Shown piece after piece: positions 1 through 10,229 of a stretch of 64,000 nt of DNA (position 1 is its first letter; every line of letters begins with the position of its first letter). The DNA lies in assembly GCA_963677925.2 (NCBI GenBank), contig CAXXYH010000004.1:2272001-2336000 (forward strand), read 5' to 3'. The stretch is from Spirochaetia bacterium. GTDB taxonomy: Bacteria > Spirochaetota > Spirochaetia > UBA9216. Both the position numbers and the translations under genes were made by a program. The notes beneath the pieces are model-generated. The model made no database searches. It had not been told where the DNA came from and was given only the letters and a program-made list of their open reading frames with translations.

Positions 1-34
1 TAATATATTTAAAGCTTCTGGGAGGGGGCAGCAA

Positions 35-1210
35 ATGAATATAGAGCTGGTCGAAGATAGATTCGGCGGGGAAATGACCAGCCCCACCGTAATCAAGGTA
101 ATCGGTGTAGGCGGCGGCGGAAACAATGCTGTTAACCGGATGATATCTAGCGGTTTAAAAAATGTTGAATTTCTTGCAGTAAATACTGATCTTCAGGCGC
201 TTAAACTGTCAAGTGCCGAAATGAAAATGCCAATCGGAACAAAGCTCACAGGCGGTCTCGGTGCAGGCGGAAATCCTGAAATAGGACAGAATGCGGCAAT
301 TGAGAGTACCGAAGAACTGCGCAATGCCCTCAGGGGTGCTGATATGGTTTTTATCACTGCAGGAATGGGCGGTGGAACCGGAACAGGTGCGGCCGCGGTA
401 GTTGCACAGATAGCAAGAGAGCTTGAAGCTCTTACAGTTGCTGTAGTTACAAAGCCCTTCACTTTTGAAGGTGCGAAAAAAATGAAACTTGCCGAGCAGG
501 GAATCGAAAAGCTCAGAAAAGCTGTTGATACGCTCATTATTATACCCAACCAGTATCTTCTTAAGATCGTGGAACGGAAGACACCGATTAAAGAAGCCTT
601 CAGAATTGCAGATGATGTTCTGCGGCAGGGTGTTCAGGGTATTTCAGACCTGATTACCGAAGCGGGTGAGATTAATATCGACTTTGCTGATGTCAGAACT
701 ATCATGAAAGGTCAGGGTGATGCCCTTATGGGTATAGGGACAGGCCGCGGCGATAACAGGGCTGTTGATGCCGCCACAAATGCAATCAATAACCCGCTGC
801 TTGAAGACGCAAGAATTGAGGGTGCCAGAGGCATACTCGTAAGTGTTACAGGCGGAGAGGATTTTTCACTCGCAGAATACGAAGAGATTCTTAATATAAT
901 AACCACAAATGCAGACAAGGATGCAATGATCATCTCGGGCACAGCAACTGATCCGACTCTTGAAGATGAAGTAAAGGTAACTGTTATAGCAACCGGTTCA
1001 TCTGATGAAATTACAGAGGTCGTTGAAGAATCCTGTGATGAACCTGAAGCAAAAAGTCAGGAAGTCGTTGGTTATAAAGAGTGGATTGAGATGCAGTCAG
1101 GACTGACAAAGAATAATCAGGTGTCATCACTTTCCAGAAGAAACTCTCTTTTTGATGAAGATCTGGGGATTCCGACTGTTTTCAGGTCTGAGATGTCAAA
1201 AGAAAGCTGA
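35..1210 (+). CDS. ftsZ: Cell division GTPase FtsZ
   Basis: [15 protein letters not shown]-terminus, tubulin signature [17 protein letters not shown]7 loop, C-terminal LGIPTVFR peptide; SD GGGAGG upstream. Confidence 0.99.
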   Translation: MNIELVEDRFGGEMTSPTVIKVIGVGGGGNNAVNRMISSGLKNVEFLAVNTDLQALKLSSAEMKMPIGTKLTGGLGAGGNPEIGQNAAIESTEELRNALRGADMVFITAGMGGGTGTGAAAVVAQIARELEALTVAVVTKPFTFEGAKKMKLAEQGIEKLRKAVDTLIIIPNQYLLKIVERKTPIKEAFRIADDVLRQGVQGISDLITEAGEINIDFADVRTIMKGQGDALMGIGTGRGDNRAVDAATNAINNPLLEDARIEGARGILVSVTGGEDFSLAEYEEILNIITTNADKDAMIISGTATDPTLEDEVKVTVIATGSSDEITEVVEESCDEPEAKSQEVVGYKEWIEMQSGLTKNNQVSSLSRRNSLFDEDLGIPTVFRSEMSKES

Positions 1211-1226
1211 TTAACGGCTTTTTGTC

Positions 1227-2129
1227 ATGAATGTAGACAGAATCCTTTCAGATTATGCAGATTATTTAAGACTCGATCTGAGGTTAAGCCGGAATACTGT
1301 GGAAGCCTACATCCGCGGCTGTTCCGGATTCCTGAATTCCATTAATGGAAGGGTGGATTCTCTTGCTGATATCGAGGCCTCCGATATAATCGTATACCTC
1401 AGCGAAAAACAGACTGATGATTCAGAAGGTAAGGGTGTAAGCCAGCGGACGGTTTCCCGTATCCTGAGCTCCCTCAGATCCTTTTTTAACTTTCTGATTA
1501 TTGAAAAAGTCCGTGAAGACAACCCGGCCCGCATGGTTGATATGCCGAGGGTGAGAAAGAAACTTCCCGGAGTTCTGTCTGTTGAGGAAATCGACAGTTT
1601 TTTGTCATACATCGATATAGAAAAACCCTCCGGTCTGCGTGACCGCGCGCTGTTCGAACTTATTTATTCCTGCGGACTTCGTGTCTCAGAGGCTGTTTCG
1701 CTGAATTTCGGCGGCCTCTTTCTTAAGGAGGGATTAATCAGGGTTCACGGAAAGGGTGAGAAAGACCGCTTTGTGCCTCTTGGCGATGAAGGACTTTTCT
1801 GGCTTAAACGATATATTGATGAAGCACGGCCGCTTCTGTGTAAAAAAGCTGATAATTCGGGAATGGTCTTCCTTAATTATCGGGGCGATCCGCTTACAAG
1901 AAAGGGGATGTGGAAACGCTTTCATGCAATCGCTGAAAAGGCAGGAGTTAAGGCGAAGATTCATACCCTCAGACATTCGTTTGCAACCCATCTTCTGCAG
2001 GGCGGGGCCGACTTGAGATCTGTACAGGAACTGCTGGGACATACTGATATTTCAACTACTCAGATTTATACACATCTCAGCCGTGAAGACCTGAAGAACA
2101 GTCATATGAGGTATCATCCAAGAGGATGA
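1227..2129 (+). CDS. xerD: Site-specific tyrosine recombinase, XerD-like
   Basis: R-H-R-H-Y catalytic set: [25 protein letters not shown]; LTRKGMWK is XerD-like. XerC versus XerD assignment is by resemblance only. Confidence 0.85.
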   Translation: MNVDRILSDYADYLRLDLRLSRNTVEAYIRGCSGFLNSINGRVDSLADIEASDIIVYLSEKQTDDSEGKGVSQRTVSRILSSLRSFFNFLIIEKVREDNPARMVDMPRVRKKLPGVLSVEEIDSFLSYIDIEKPSGLRDRALFELIYSCGLRVSEAVSLNFGGLFLKEGLIRVHGKGEKDRFVPLGDEGLFWLKRYIDEARPLLCKKADNSGMVFLNYRGDPLTRKGMWKRFHAIAEKAGVKAKIHTLRHSFATHLLQGGADLRSVQELLGHTDISTTQIYTHLSREDLKNSHMRYHPRG

Positions 2130-2863
2130 AGGACGGAAAGTTTATGAAGATATTTTTCAGAACAGCCATAATCCTCATTCTTCTTTTTCCTGCTCTTTCA
2201 TGCAGCGGTGAACGCAGTACATGGCTTGATAACCTTACTGCAGCAGAGAAGAAAGAATACAAGACCGATCAGATCCCTGAACAGCGTATAGATGAACTTA
2301 AGCAGGGAATAAAGGAATATGAGGCGGAGGTCGGGCGCACTGTAAAAGCTGCCAAGCAGATTGGCATCTATTACCGTATGCTCGCTCTTGAATACATGAG
2401 TCTGGAAATGTATAACGAGGCTCTGAAAAGTCTTGAGCAGGCTGTTAAATATTTTCCGACCAGTCCCATGCTTTACTATTACGCTGCCATATGCGCCGGC
2501 CAGATGAAGGAAGCTGTTTTTACAAAACAGGAAGCTGATGCCTATCTTGCTGAAGCTGAAAGAATGTATCTTCGCGCTGTAAATCTTGATCCGGGATATA
2601 AGGAAGCTCTCTACGGGCTCTCAGTACTATATGTTTTTGAACTTGAGCGGCCTCTGGATGCGGAACCTCTGCTGGAAAGACTTGTTTCAATGGAGCAGAA
2701 GAACTTCAATGCAATGTTTCTGCTTGCAAGGGTTAAGGTTGTAAAGGGTGATTACGATTCTGCAGTTGATATCTATATGGATATTGAAAGCAGAACCGCG
2801 GATGAGGAAATCAAGGCGAAGGCTGCTGATAATATCAGACAGCTTTCAGGAGGCAGGGGATGA
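2126..2863 (+). CDS. TPR-repeat putative lipoprotein
   Basis: Signal peptide with lipobox-like PALSC; several TPR-like helical pairs (ALKSLEQAVKYFP, YLRAVNLDPGY); ATGA overlap with xerD; alternative start 2144. Confidence 0.8.
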   Translation: MKDGKFMKIFFRTAIILILLFPALSCSGERSTWLDNLTAAEKKEYKTDQIPEQRIDELKQGIKEYEAEVGRTVKAAKQIGIYYRMLALEYMSLEMYNEALKSLEQAVKYFPTSPMLYYYAAICAGQMKEAVFTKQEADAYLAEAERMYLRAVNLDPGYKEALYGLSVLYVFELERPLDAEPLLERLVSMEQKNFNAMFLLARVKVVKGDYDSAVDIYMDIESRTADEEIKAKAADNIRQLSGGRG

Positions 2864-3900
2864 GTGACCTGCAGCTTGATATACTTATCAGCCGTTATTC
2901 TTTTCTGCGGAGTGAAGAGAAGCTTCTCGTCCGTGATGTGGCAGGTTCTTTACAGCAGCTGCAGGAGCTGAATGTTCAGGATATAGCCGGAATAATAGGC
3001 CGGAAGCCGCAGATTCGGACCTGGAAACTGGAAAAAGCGTTAAAAGAAGCTGAAAACATACTTAAACATCTTGCCGATGGGCCTGTTAAATGTTTATTTT
3101 TGCATGAAAAGGAATATCCTTTTCTGCTGTCTCAGCTCTATAACCCTCCATATGTACTTTATTACAGGGGTGCATCGCCCGGAAGTATATGCAACTGCGT
3201 AGGAATCGTCGGTACCAGACTGCCTTCAGGAGGCGGTATAGATACGGCTTTTATGCTTGGGTTTGAACTGGGAATGAAATCGGTCTCTGCTGTTTCAGGA
3301 CTTGCTCTGGGAATAGATGCGGCAGCCCATGCAGGTAATATTGCGGCAAAGGTTCCTTCCGTGGCTGTGCTGGGGTGCGGACCGGACAGGATATATCCGT
3401 CGTCCAACCGGAAACTTGCCGGAAGGCTGCTTGAAGCAGGCGGATGCATATGCAGTGAGTATCCCCCCGGGACGGAGCCTTTGAAATTTCATTTCCCGGA
3501 GAGAAACCGTATTGTAAGCGGACTCTCAGACGGAGTTGTGGTTGTTGAAGCACCTTCCAGGTCAGGAGCCCTCATCACAGCCGATTTTGCAATAGAGCAG
3601 AACAGAGAGCTTTTTATACATTCTTCAGCTTTGAAATTTGGAAGTGAACGAATAATGAATTATGTTTTTGAAGGGGCCAGTGTTATAAACCATGCCGGAG
3701 AGATCGTTGAATCTCTTTATCCGGCGGCTGAACGCTGGGATTTCGGTTCGAAAACCCCTGCATATGCATTGAACTCTGTAGGAACAGGTTTAATGCTCGC
3801 CGACAGGCTTCGTAATGAACTTGGAGGCAAAGAAATTAGATTTAATGGTAAATATTTCAGGAGAGCGGGTTATGAAAGTTCATACTCTACTCATAGTTGA
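2860..3900 (+). CDS. dprA: DNA-processing protein DprA/Smf
   Basis: PPYVLYYRG, GIVGTR, VSGLALGIDAAAH, FPERNRIVSGLS, VVVEAPSRSGALITA motifs. Confidence 0.95.
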   Translation: MSDLQLDILISRYSFLRSEEKLLVRDVAGSLQQLQELNVQDIAGIIGRKPQIRTWKLEKALKEAENILKHLADGPVKCLFLHEKEYPFLLSQLYNPPYVLYYRGASPGSICNCVGIVGTRLPSGGGIDTAFMLGFELGMKSVSAVSGLALGIDAAAHAGNIAAKVPSVAVLGCGPDRIYPSSNRKLAGRLLEAGGCICSEYPPGTEPLKFHFPERNRIVSGLSDGVVVVEAPSRSGALITADFAIEQNRELFIHSSALKFGSERIMNYVFEGASVINHAGEIVESLYPAAERWDFGSKTPAYALNSVGTGLMLADRLRNELGGKEIRFNGKYFRRAGYESSYSTHS

Positions 3901-5965
3901 GTCACCGGCAAAGGCAACAACAATCGAGCGGTATCTCGGGCCGGGTTATACCGTCTCAGCATCAATGGGACATCTTATTGATCTTCCGAAATCCAGAATT
4001 GCGATTGACGAAAAAAATAATTTTGAACCGGAATATATTACGGTTCGCGGAAAGGCAAAGATTCTTAAAGAGCTTCAGTCCAAGGCTAATAAGGCCGGAC
4101 ATGTTCTTCTTGCATCTGATAATGACCGTGAAGGGGAGGCCATTGCCTACCATCTCAGGAATTCTCTGGTAAAGAAAAATGATAAGCTCAAGATTGAGCG
4201 TATCATCTTCAACGAAATTACCCCCGGAGCAATCAAGGACGCGGTAGCTCATCCTCTTGCGATTGACGAAGAGAAGGTAAATGCGCAGAAGGCACGGAGA
4301 GTCCTTGACAGGCTTGTCGGATACAACCTTTCACCGCTTCTGTGGTCGAAGGTTAAAAACGGACTTTCCGCGGGGCGTGTACAGTCTGTTGCGCTTCGTC
4401 TCATTTGCGAGCGTGAAAAAGAGGTTGAAAGCTTTATTCCCGAAGAATACTGGACCCTAGACGGTGAGTTTTCAAAGGGCAAGACTGCCTTCCCCGCTCA
4501 GCTGGTTTCTTTCAAGGGTGAAAAGCCCGAAATAAAGAGTGAAGAATCTGTAAACGATATTATCAACTCACTCAAGGAGCTTGATGCGGTGGTCACCGGT
4601 GTGAAGGGCACTGAAAAACAGATTAAGCCAAAGGCTCCCTTTACAACATCTACTCTCCAGCAGACTGCTGCAAACAGGCTCGGATTTACATCAAGAAAAA
4701 CGATGCAGATTGCTCAGCAGCTGTATGAAGGTATCAATATTGATTCAAGCCGTGTCGGTCTTATTACCTACATGAGAACGGACTCCACACGTATCTCCGA
4801 TCAGGCGATTGGCGAGGTTCGCGACTGGATTGAAAAAAATCATCCTGCCGAACTTCCAGAGCAGCCTGCATCCTACTCACCCAAGAAAAATGCTCAGGAT
4901 GCACATGAGGCAATCAGGCCCACTTATATTCAGTACACTCCTGATGATATGAAGCAGCACCTCACCAGAGATCAGCACAAGCTGTATTCCATTATCTGGG
5001 AAAGATTCACATCCTGTCAGATGAAGAACGCAAAGACGCTGACTACATCATATGATATAACAGTTGGAGATGCAGTTTTCAGGATCAGTTCAACCAAATC
5101 GGTTGAAAAGGGGTTTCAGAAGGTTATAAAACTTCTCAAGGCAAAGGAAAAGTCGGTAAAGGTTCCCTCACTGGCGGAAGGCGATGTGCTTAAAACAGAG
5201 GACTTTGCTGCTAATCAGCATTTTACAACCGGTCCGGCCAGATTTACCGACGCCAGTATCGTCAAGATGCTTGAGGAAAAGGGGATCGGACGTCCTTCAA
5301 CCTATGCACCGATTATTTCGGTTCTGCTGGACCGATACTATGTGGTAAGGCGGAATAAGCAGCTGATGCCCACAACACTCGGTCGGATTATCTCAGATCT
5401 GCTTGTGACTCAGTTTCCTGATGTCGTAAACGTTGACTTCACAGCCGGTATGGAGCAGAACCTGGACAGGGTTGAAGAAGACGGTATGGAATGGCATCAG
5501 ATGATTGCCGGATTCTACGGCCCCTTCAAGGATAGGGTTGAGCATGTTAATGAAACTCTTGAATCGATCAAGGGTGTGCTTGATGAGCCGACCGATGAGG
5601 TCTGTGAAAAATGCGGAAAACCAATGGTCAAAAAGCTCGGCCGCTTCGGTTTCTTCCTGGCCTGTACAGGTTTTCCTGAATGCCGTAATACCAAAGCTGT
5701 TCCGCTTGCCGACTGTCCGCGTGAAGGCTGTGACGGCAAAATCGTTGCCAGACGAAAGGCCGGCGGCAAGGGTAAGGAATTCTACGGATGTACCAATTAC
5801 CCGGAATGTGATTTTATAAGTCACTTCAAGCCGACCAGTTCAAATTGTCCGAAATGCGGATACTTCCTGGTTGAAAAGAACGACAAAAAAACAGGATCGG
5901 TAAAAGCCTGTATAAATCCTGAATGTGATTTCCTGCATACTCACGAGGAGGAAAATGAAGGCTGA
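3872..5965 (+). CDS. topA: DNA topoisomerase I (type IA) with C-terminal Zn ribbons
   Basis: TOPRIM LIVESPAKA, DNDREGEAIA, SAGRVQS, ITYMRTDS (catalytic Tyr), three C4 ribbons; ATG 3872 chosen for the AGGAG SD. Confidence 0.97.
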   Translation: MKVHTLLIVESPAKATTIERYLGPGYTVSASMGHLIDLPKSRIAIDEKNNFEPEYITVRGKAKILKELQSKANKAGHVLLASDNDREGEAIAYHLRNSLVKKNDKLKIERIIFNEITPGAIKDAVAHPLAIDEEKVNAQKARRVLDRLVGYNLSPLLWSKVKNGLSAGRVQSVALRLICEREKEVESFIPEEYWTLDGEFSKGKTAFPAQLVSFKGEKPEIKSEESVNDIINSLKELDAVVTGVKGTEKQIKPKAPFTTSTLQQTAANRLGFTSRKTMQIAQQLYEGINIDSSRVGLITYMRTDSTRISDQAIGEVRDWIEKNHPAELPEQPASYSPKKNAQDAHEAIRPTYIQYTPDDMKQHLTRDQHKLYSIIWERFTSCQMKNAKTLTTSYDITVGDAVFRISSTKSVEKGFQKVIKLLKAKEKSVKVPSLAEGDVLKTEDFAANQHFTTGPARFTDASIVKMLEEKGIGRPSTYAPIISVLLDRYYVVRRNKQLMPTTLGRIISDLLVTQFPDVVNVDFTAGMEQNLDRVEEDGMEWHQMIAGFYGPFKDRVEHVNETLESIKGVLDEPTDEVCEKCGKPMVKKLGRFGFFLACTGFPECRNTKAVPLADCPREGCDGKIVARRKAGGKGKEFYGCTNYPECDFISHFKPTSSNCPKCGYFLVEKNDKKTGSVKACINPECDFLHTHEEENEG

Positions 5966-6863
5966 GGAATACCTCAACTATCTTAAAAATCTCAGAAACT
6001 ATTCTTCCGCTACAGTGAAGGCATACTCGGAGGATCTGCAGAAATTTGAAGCTTATCTGGATGCTGAAGGTCTTGATTCCGATGAACCGGGAACCACTGC
6101 TGCCAGGAGGTTTATTTCAGGACTGTCTGCAGACGGCATGAGCAAGACCTCGGTGAACCGGATAATGTCTTCCCTGAAAGGATACTACCGCTATCTTATA
6201 AAGCGGGGCTACACAGATGTGAATCCCTTTGAGAACATCCGCAGTCTCAAGAAGAACAGGACTCTTCCGGAGTATCTTTTTGAGGCTGAGATTGACAGCC
6301 TTCTCAAACTGCCGGGAAATGATTTTGCCGGGCTTCGCGACCGCTTTATCCTTGAACTGCTTTATTCAACCGGCTGCCGTGTCTCCGAAGTTTCGGGAGC
6401 AGGACTTTCCGACCTTGATATCAAATCAAAAACCCTCCGTGTGAGCGGAAAGGGCGGAAAGGAAAGGATAGTCTACCTGGGAAATGAAGCCATGAAAGCC
6501 CTTTCAGGATATCTTCCTTTGAGGAATATACGGGCTGACAAGACTGATCAGGATGCGCTTAATGCCCTGCTTATAAATGTGCGGGGAAGGCGGATAACAC
6601 AGCGCGGAATTGCGCTCATAATTGAAAAGTATATTAACGTTTCGGGAATATCGAAGAAAGTAAGCCCGCATACATTCAGGCACAGCTTTGCCACTCACCT
6701 TGTGGATCATGGTGCAGATATCAGAATGGTGCAGGAAATGCTTGGTCATGAGAGTCTTTCAACCACCCAGATTTATACTCATATGGGGATTGAAAAACTG
6801 AGAAATGTTTATAGACAGGCTCATCCTCATGCCGGCAAACAAAATGACGGAGTTTCAAATTGA
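5955..6863 (+). CDS. xerC: Site-specific tyrosine recombinase, XerC/CodV-like
   Basis: [28 protein letters not shown]; position between topA and hslV as for codV; SD GAGGAGG before ATG 5955. Confidence 0.85.
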   Translation: MKAEEYLNYLKNLRNYSSATVKAYSEDLQKFEAYLDAEGLDSDEPGTTAARRFISGLSADGMSKTSVNRIMSSLKGYYRYLIKRGYTDVNPFENIRSLKKNRTLPEYLFEAEIDSLLKLPGNDFAGLRDRFILELLYSTGCRVSEVSGAGLSDLDIKSKTLRVSGKGGKERIVYLGNEAMKALSGYLPLRNIRADKTDQDALNALLINVRGRRITQRGIALIIEKYINVSGISKKVSPHTFRHSFATHLVDHGADIRMVQEMLGHESLSTTQIYTHMGIEKLRNVYRQAHPHAGKQNDGVSN

Positions 6864-7393
6864 AAATTAGATCAACAACAATTATAGCAGTCAAAAAAGA
6901 CGGAAAAACAGCCATGGCCGGTGATGGTCAGGTGACCCTCGGCGAAACTGTGATGAAGGGGAACGCCCGGAAGGTGAAGACCATTTACGGCGGAAAGATT
7001 CTCACCGGATTTGCGGGCGCAACTGCGGATGCCTTCACCCTGTTTGAACGCTTTGAGGGCAAGGTTAATGAATATAACGGAGATATTACACGTGCAGCAG
7101 TAGAGCTTGCCAAACAGTGGCGGACCGACCGGATGCTCAGCAAGCTTGAAGCTATGCTTCTTGTTGCAGATAAAGAAAAAATTCTTTTAATCTCCGGAAC
7201 CGGCGATGTTATTGAGCCTGAAGAGGGCGTGCTTGCAATCGGTTCAGGCGGAAACTATGCATACGCTGGCGCACTGGCGTTTCTTTCAACTGAGAACGAA
7301 CTGAGCGCAAAGGATATTGCCCTCAAATCACTGGAAATAGCATCCAGAATATGTATTTACACCAACAGCAGCTTTGTAGTGGAGGAAGTCTGA
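6860..7393 (+). CDS. hslV: ATP-dependent protease peptidase subunit HslV
   Basis: STTIIAV N-terminal Thr, [28 protein letters not shown]; TTG start. Confidence 0.97.
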   Translation: MKIRSTTIIAVKKDGKTAMAGDGQVTLGETVMKGNARKVKTIYGGKILTGFAGATADAFTLFERFEGKVNEYNGDITRAAVELAKQWRTDRMLSKLEAMLLVADKEKILLISGTGDVIEPEEGVLAIGSGGNYAYAGALAFLSTENELSAKDIALKSLEIASRICIYTNSSFVVEEV

Positions 7394-8877
7394 TGATTGA
7401 CGGACTTGAAAAATTGACACCGAAACAAATCGTAGAAGAACTCGATAAGTATATAATCGGTCAGGATAAGGCAAAGAAGGCAGTCGCCATAGCGCTCCGG
7501 AACAGAATGCGCCGGCAGATGCTGAGTCCTGAACTCAGGGATGAGATTGCTCCCAAGAACATTATAATGATAGGACCTACCGGTGTAGGAAAGACCGAGA
7601 TTGCGAGAAGACTTTCCAAGCTTGTAAAGGCTCCATTTATCAAGGTTGAAGCAACCAAGTATACTGAGGTCGGCTATGTCGGCCGGGATGTTGAATCAAT
7701 GGTCCGCGATCTGATGGCAGACGCCGTTTCAATGGTAAAAAAGGAACTCGAAGAAGAAGTCCGGGCCGAGGCGGAACTCAGAACTGAAGATGCAATTCTT
7801 GATCTGCTGCTTCCCGGAGTAAAGAACAAGGCCAAGGGCGAGGGCGGTGCAGGTGCCGTGCTGGGCAGTATTTTCGGAAACAAGGCACCCCAGCAGCCTG
7901 TACAGAGCACTCCTGATGTTATAAACCTTCCCGGTCCTGGCGAATCGGCAGAGGCTGGAAAAATAGGTTTTGACACCGAAGATTCATCAGCAAAGGCTGA
8001 TAAATCCTCAACCAGGGAAAAGTTCAGGCAGATGCTCCGGGACGGAAAACTTGAAGATAAAGAAGTTGAAGTCCTTGTTACCGCACCCCCGTCCTCACCG
8101 ATGGACATGTTTTCAGGAATGAACCTCGAAGATATGGGAATCAACATCGCAGCAATTCCGATGTTCGGCGGGAAAAAGAAAAAACGCAAGGTTACCGTGG
8201 AACGTGCAAGAGAAATCCTGCTGAACGAGGAAATCGATAAGCTTATAGATCCTGAACGGGTTAATGAAATTGCCCGTGAACGGACCCAGCAGATGGGAAT
8301 AATTTTCATTGATGAGATTGACAAGATTGCAGCCAAGGAAAGCCGGAGCGGAGGCGATGTTTCACGCGAGGGTGTTCAGCGCGACATTTTACCAATTGTT
8401 GAAGGCTCAAGGGTTAATACAAAATGGGGGCAGGTAGATACCTCCCACATCCTTTTTATAGCGGCCGGAGCTTTTCATATGAGTAAACCCTCGGATCTTA
8501 TTCCGGAACTTCAGGGACGTTTTCCGCTTCGTGTTGAGCTGGAAGATTTGAACACTGAAGATTTTGAACAGATTCTTACCCAGCCTAAGAATGCGCTTAT
8601 TACCCAGTATGTGGCGCTGCTTGGAACTGAAGATGTGGAACTTGATTTTACTGAAGGTGCAATAAAACGGATGTCCGAGATTGCCTATGAGGTCAATTCC
8701 AGAACCGAAAATATCGGAGCGCGAAGACTTCACACCATTCTTGAGCTTCTGCTTGAGGATTTATCTTTCAATGCACCGGACCTGAAAGGTCAGAAAATTG
8801 AAATTATACCCGAATATGTCGATGAAAGGCTGCAGAGTGTTAAGGAGGACCAGGACTTATCCAGATATATTCTATAG
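7393..8877 (+). CDS. hslU: ATP-dependent protease ATPase subunit HslU
   Basis: Walker A GPTGVGKT, GYVG pore loop, FIDEIDK, ENIGARRL, C-terminal DLSRYIL; TGATG coupling to hslV. Confidence 0.98.
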   Translation: MIDGLEKLTPKQIVEELDKYIIGQDKAKKAVAIALRNRMRRQMLSPELRDEIAPKNIIMIGPTGVGKTEIARRLSKLVKAPFIKVEATKYTEVGYVGRDVESMVRDLMADAVSMVKKELEEEVRAEAELRTEDAILDLLLPGVKNKAKGEGGAGAVLGSIFGNKAPQQPVQSTPDVINLPGPGESAEAGKIGFDTEDSSAKADKSSTREKFRQMLRDGKLEDKEVEVLVTAPPSSPMDMFSGMNLEDMGINIAAIPMFGGKKKKRKVTVERAREILLNEEIDKLIDPERVNEIARERTQQMGIIFIDEIDKIAAKESRSGGDVSREGVQRDILPIVEGSRVNTKWGQVDTSHILFIAAGAFHMSKPSDLIPELQGRFPLRVELEDLNTEDFEQILTQPKNALITQYVALLGTEDVELDFTEGAIKRMSEIAYEVNSRTENIGARRLHTILELLLEDLSFNAPDLKGQKIEIIPEYVDERLQSVKEDQDLSRYIL

Positions 8878-8883
8878 TTTTTC

Positions 8884-8910
8884 TAAGCTCCGGCTGAAAA
8901 AAACCGAGAA
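8884..8910 (+). promoter_or_regulatory. Putative sigma28 (FliA) promoter of the flgB operon
   Basis: TAAG-N15-ACCGAGAA versus consensus TAAA-N15-GCCGATAA, ending 32 nt before the flgB ATG. Confidence 0.6.
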
Positions 8911-8942
8911 TTTATAAGAATAGGTATTTTGGGAGAGCATAT

Positions 8943-9359
8943 ATGTTTTTTGATAACAGTTTTGGAAAAAATCTTGAACTTCTTCACCGCTCAATGGACA
9001 CAAGTGTCTACCGCAGGTCGGTTATCTCCGATAACATTGCCAACGCTGATACACCAAACTTCAAAAGAAGTGTTGTTAACTTTGAATCTGAACTGAAAAG
9101 AGCTCTTGATTCCGAAAAGAAATCCGGAATGGAAGGTGCACTTACAAATGACAGGCATATTGCTTTCAATAAACCGATGAACTGGCGTGATGTAAAGCCC
9201 CGGAAGGTGCTCGACTACCTGACAAGCTCTGATAACAATGGAAACAATGTTGATATCGAAGAAGAGATGATGCTTGCCACACAGAATCAGCTTGAATATA
9301 ACCTGATGGTTAATTCACTTTCAAATCAGTTCTACCAGATTACCAAGGTAACAAGTTAG
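8943..9359 (+). CDS. flgB: Flagellar basal-body rod protein FlgB
   Basis: ISDNIANADTPNFK, NGNNVDIEEEM. Confidence 0.97.
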   Translation: MFFDNSFGKNLELLHRSMDTSVYRRSVISDNIANADTPNFKRSVVNFESELKRALDSEKKSGMEGALTNDRHIAFNKPMNWRDVKPRKVLDYLTSSDNNGNNVDIEEEMMLATQNQLEYNLMVNSLSNQFYQITKVTS

Positions 9360-9371
9360 GAGGCCGAGTAA

Positions 9372-9833
9372 ATGGGATTATTTACAAGTATTAATACAGC
9401 AGCATCCGGTCTTTCAGCCCAGAGGATGAGGCTGGATGTAATTTCAGATAATATAGCAAACGCGGAAACTACAAGAACTCCCGAAGGCGGTGCGTTCAGA
9501 AGGAGCAGGGTTATCTTTAAACCTGAAGTGTCTCAGCCTTACTGGAGAAGTCCCTTTCTGCCGGAAAAACTGGAAAACGGTCTGGGTAAGGGCGTTGAAG
9601 TTGTTAAAATTGAGAAGGATACCAGTACCGAGATGCGCTACGTATACGATCCTACTCATCCCGATGCTCTAAAGACAGGGCCCAAGACTGGATATGTTGA
9701 AATGCCCAATGTTAATATAGTTGATGAAATGGTGGATATGATATCTGCATCAAGATCCTATGAAGCCAATGTTGCCGTTATTGACGGTTCGAAGGCTATG
9801 TTTACTAAAGCACTCGAAATAGGCAGGAGGTAA
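9372..9833 (+). CDS. flgC: Flagellar basal-body rod protein FlgC
   Basis: SGLSAQRMRLDVISDNIANA, YDPTHPDA, GYVEMPNVNIVDEMVDMISASRSYEAN. Confidence 0.98.
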   Translation: MGLFTSINTAASGLSAQRMRLDVISDNIANAETTRTPEGGAFRRSRVIFKPEVSQPYWRSPFLPEKLENGLGKGVEVVKIEKDTSTEMRYVYDPTHPDALKTGPKTGYVEMPNVNIVDEMVDMISASRSYEANVAVIDGSKAMFTKALEIGRR

Positions 9834-9836
9834 TAG

Positions 9837-10169
9837 ATGGCAGGATTACTCGGAGCAGATCAGGTAACCGGAGATGTAGTCAATCTAAGGGCTACTCATA
9901 AAAATCATATAGGCATTCAGGATTCTGCAAAGAAACCTGAAACTTCTGCAGAAGAATTTACCAATGCACTTAGAAATGCTCTTGGTGAAACCAATAATCT
10001 GCAGAATGCGGTAACCGATATTACTCAGGCATATCTTACTGATCCGGAAAGTGTTGATGTTCATGATGTCACAATTGCCATGAGTAAGGCGAATATGTCG
10101 CTGGAAATAACAAAAGCTGTGGTTGACGGCGCGCTGAAAGCGTATAACAATATAATAAATATAAGGTGA
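9837..10169 (+). CDS. fliE: Flagellar hook-basal body protein FliE
   Basis: DVHDVTIAMSKANMSL...AYNNII; position between flgC and fliF. Confidence 0.92.
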   Translation: MAGLLGADQVTGDVVNLRATHKNHIGIQDSAKKPETSAEEFTNALRNALGETNNLQNAVTDITQAYLTDPESVDVHDVTIAMSKANMSLEITKAVVDGALKAYNNIINIR

Positions 10170-10229
10170 TACACTTTCAGGCTTAATAGTCGCTAATTAA
10201 TCCAGGTTCTTTTTTCAATGGGAGGGGAA

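Noticed and set aside
3815-3871. Extended N-termini in the ORF track (topA here; likewise xerC 5925, hslU 7351, NUDIX 54652, secA 50797)
   Set aside because: Downstream ATGs match the family N-termini and mostly have SDs or stop-start coupling
1227-6863. Two tyrosine recombinases as boundaries of an integrative element
   Set aside because: Both are XerC/D-like, flank housekeeping genes (dprA, topA), and no att repeats or cargo were seen
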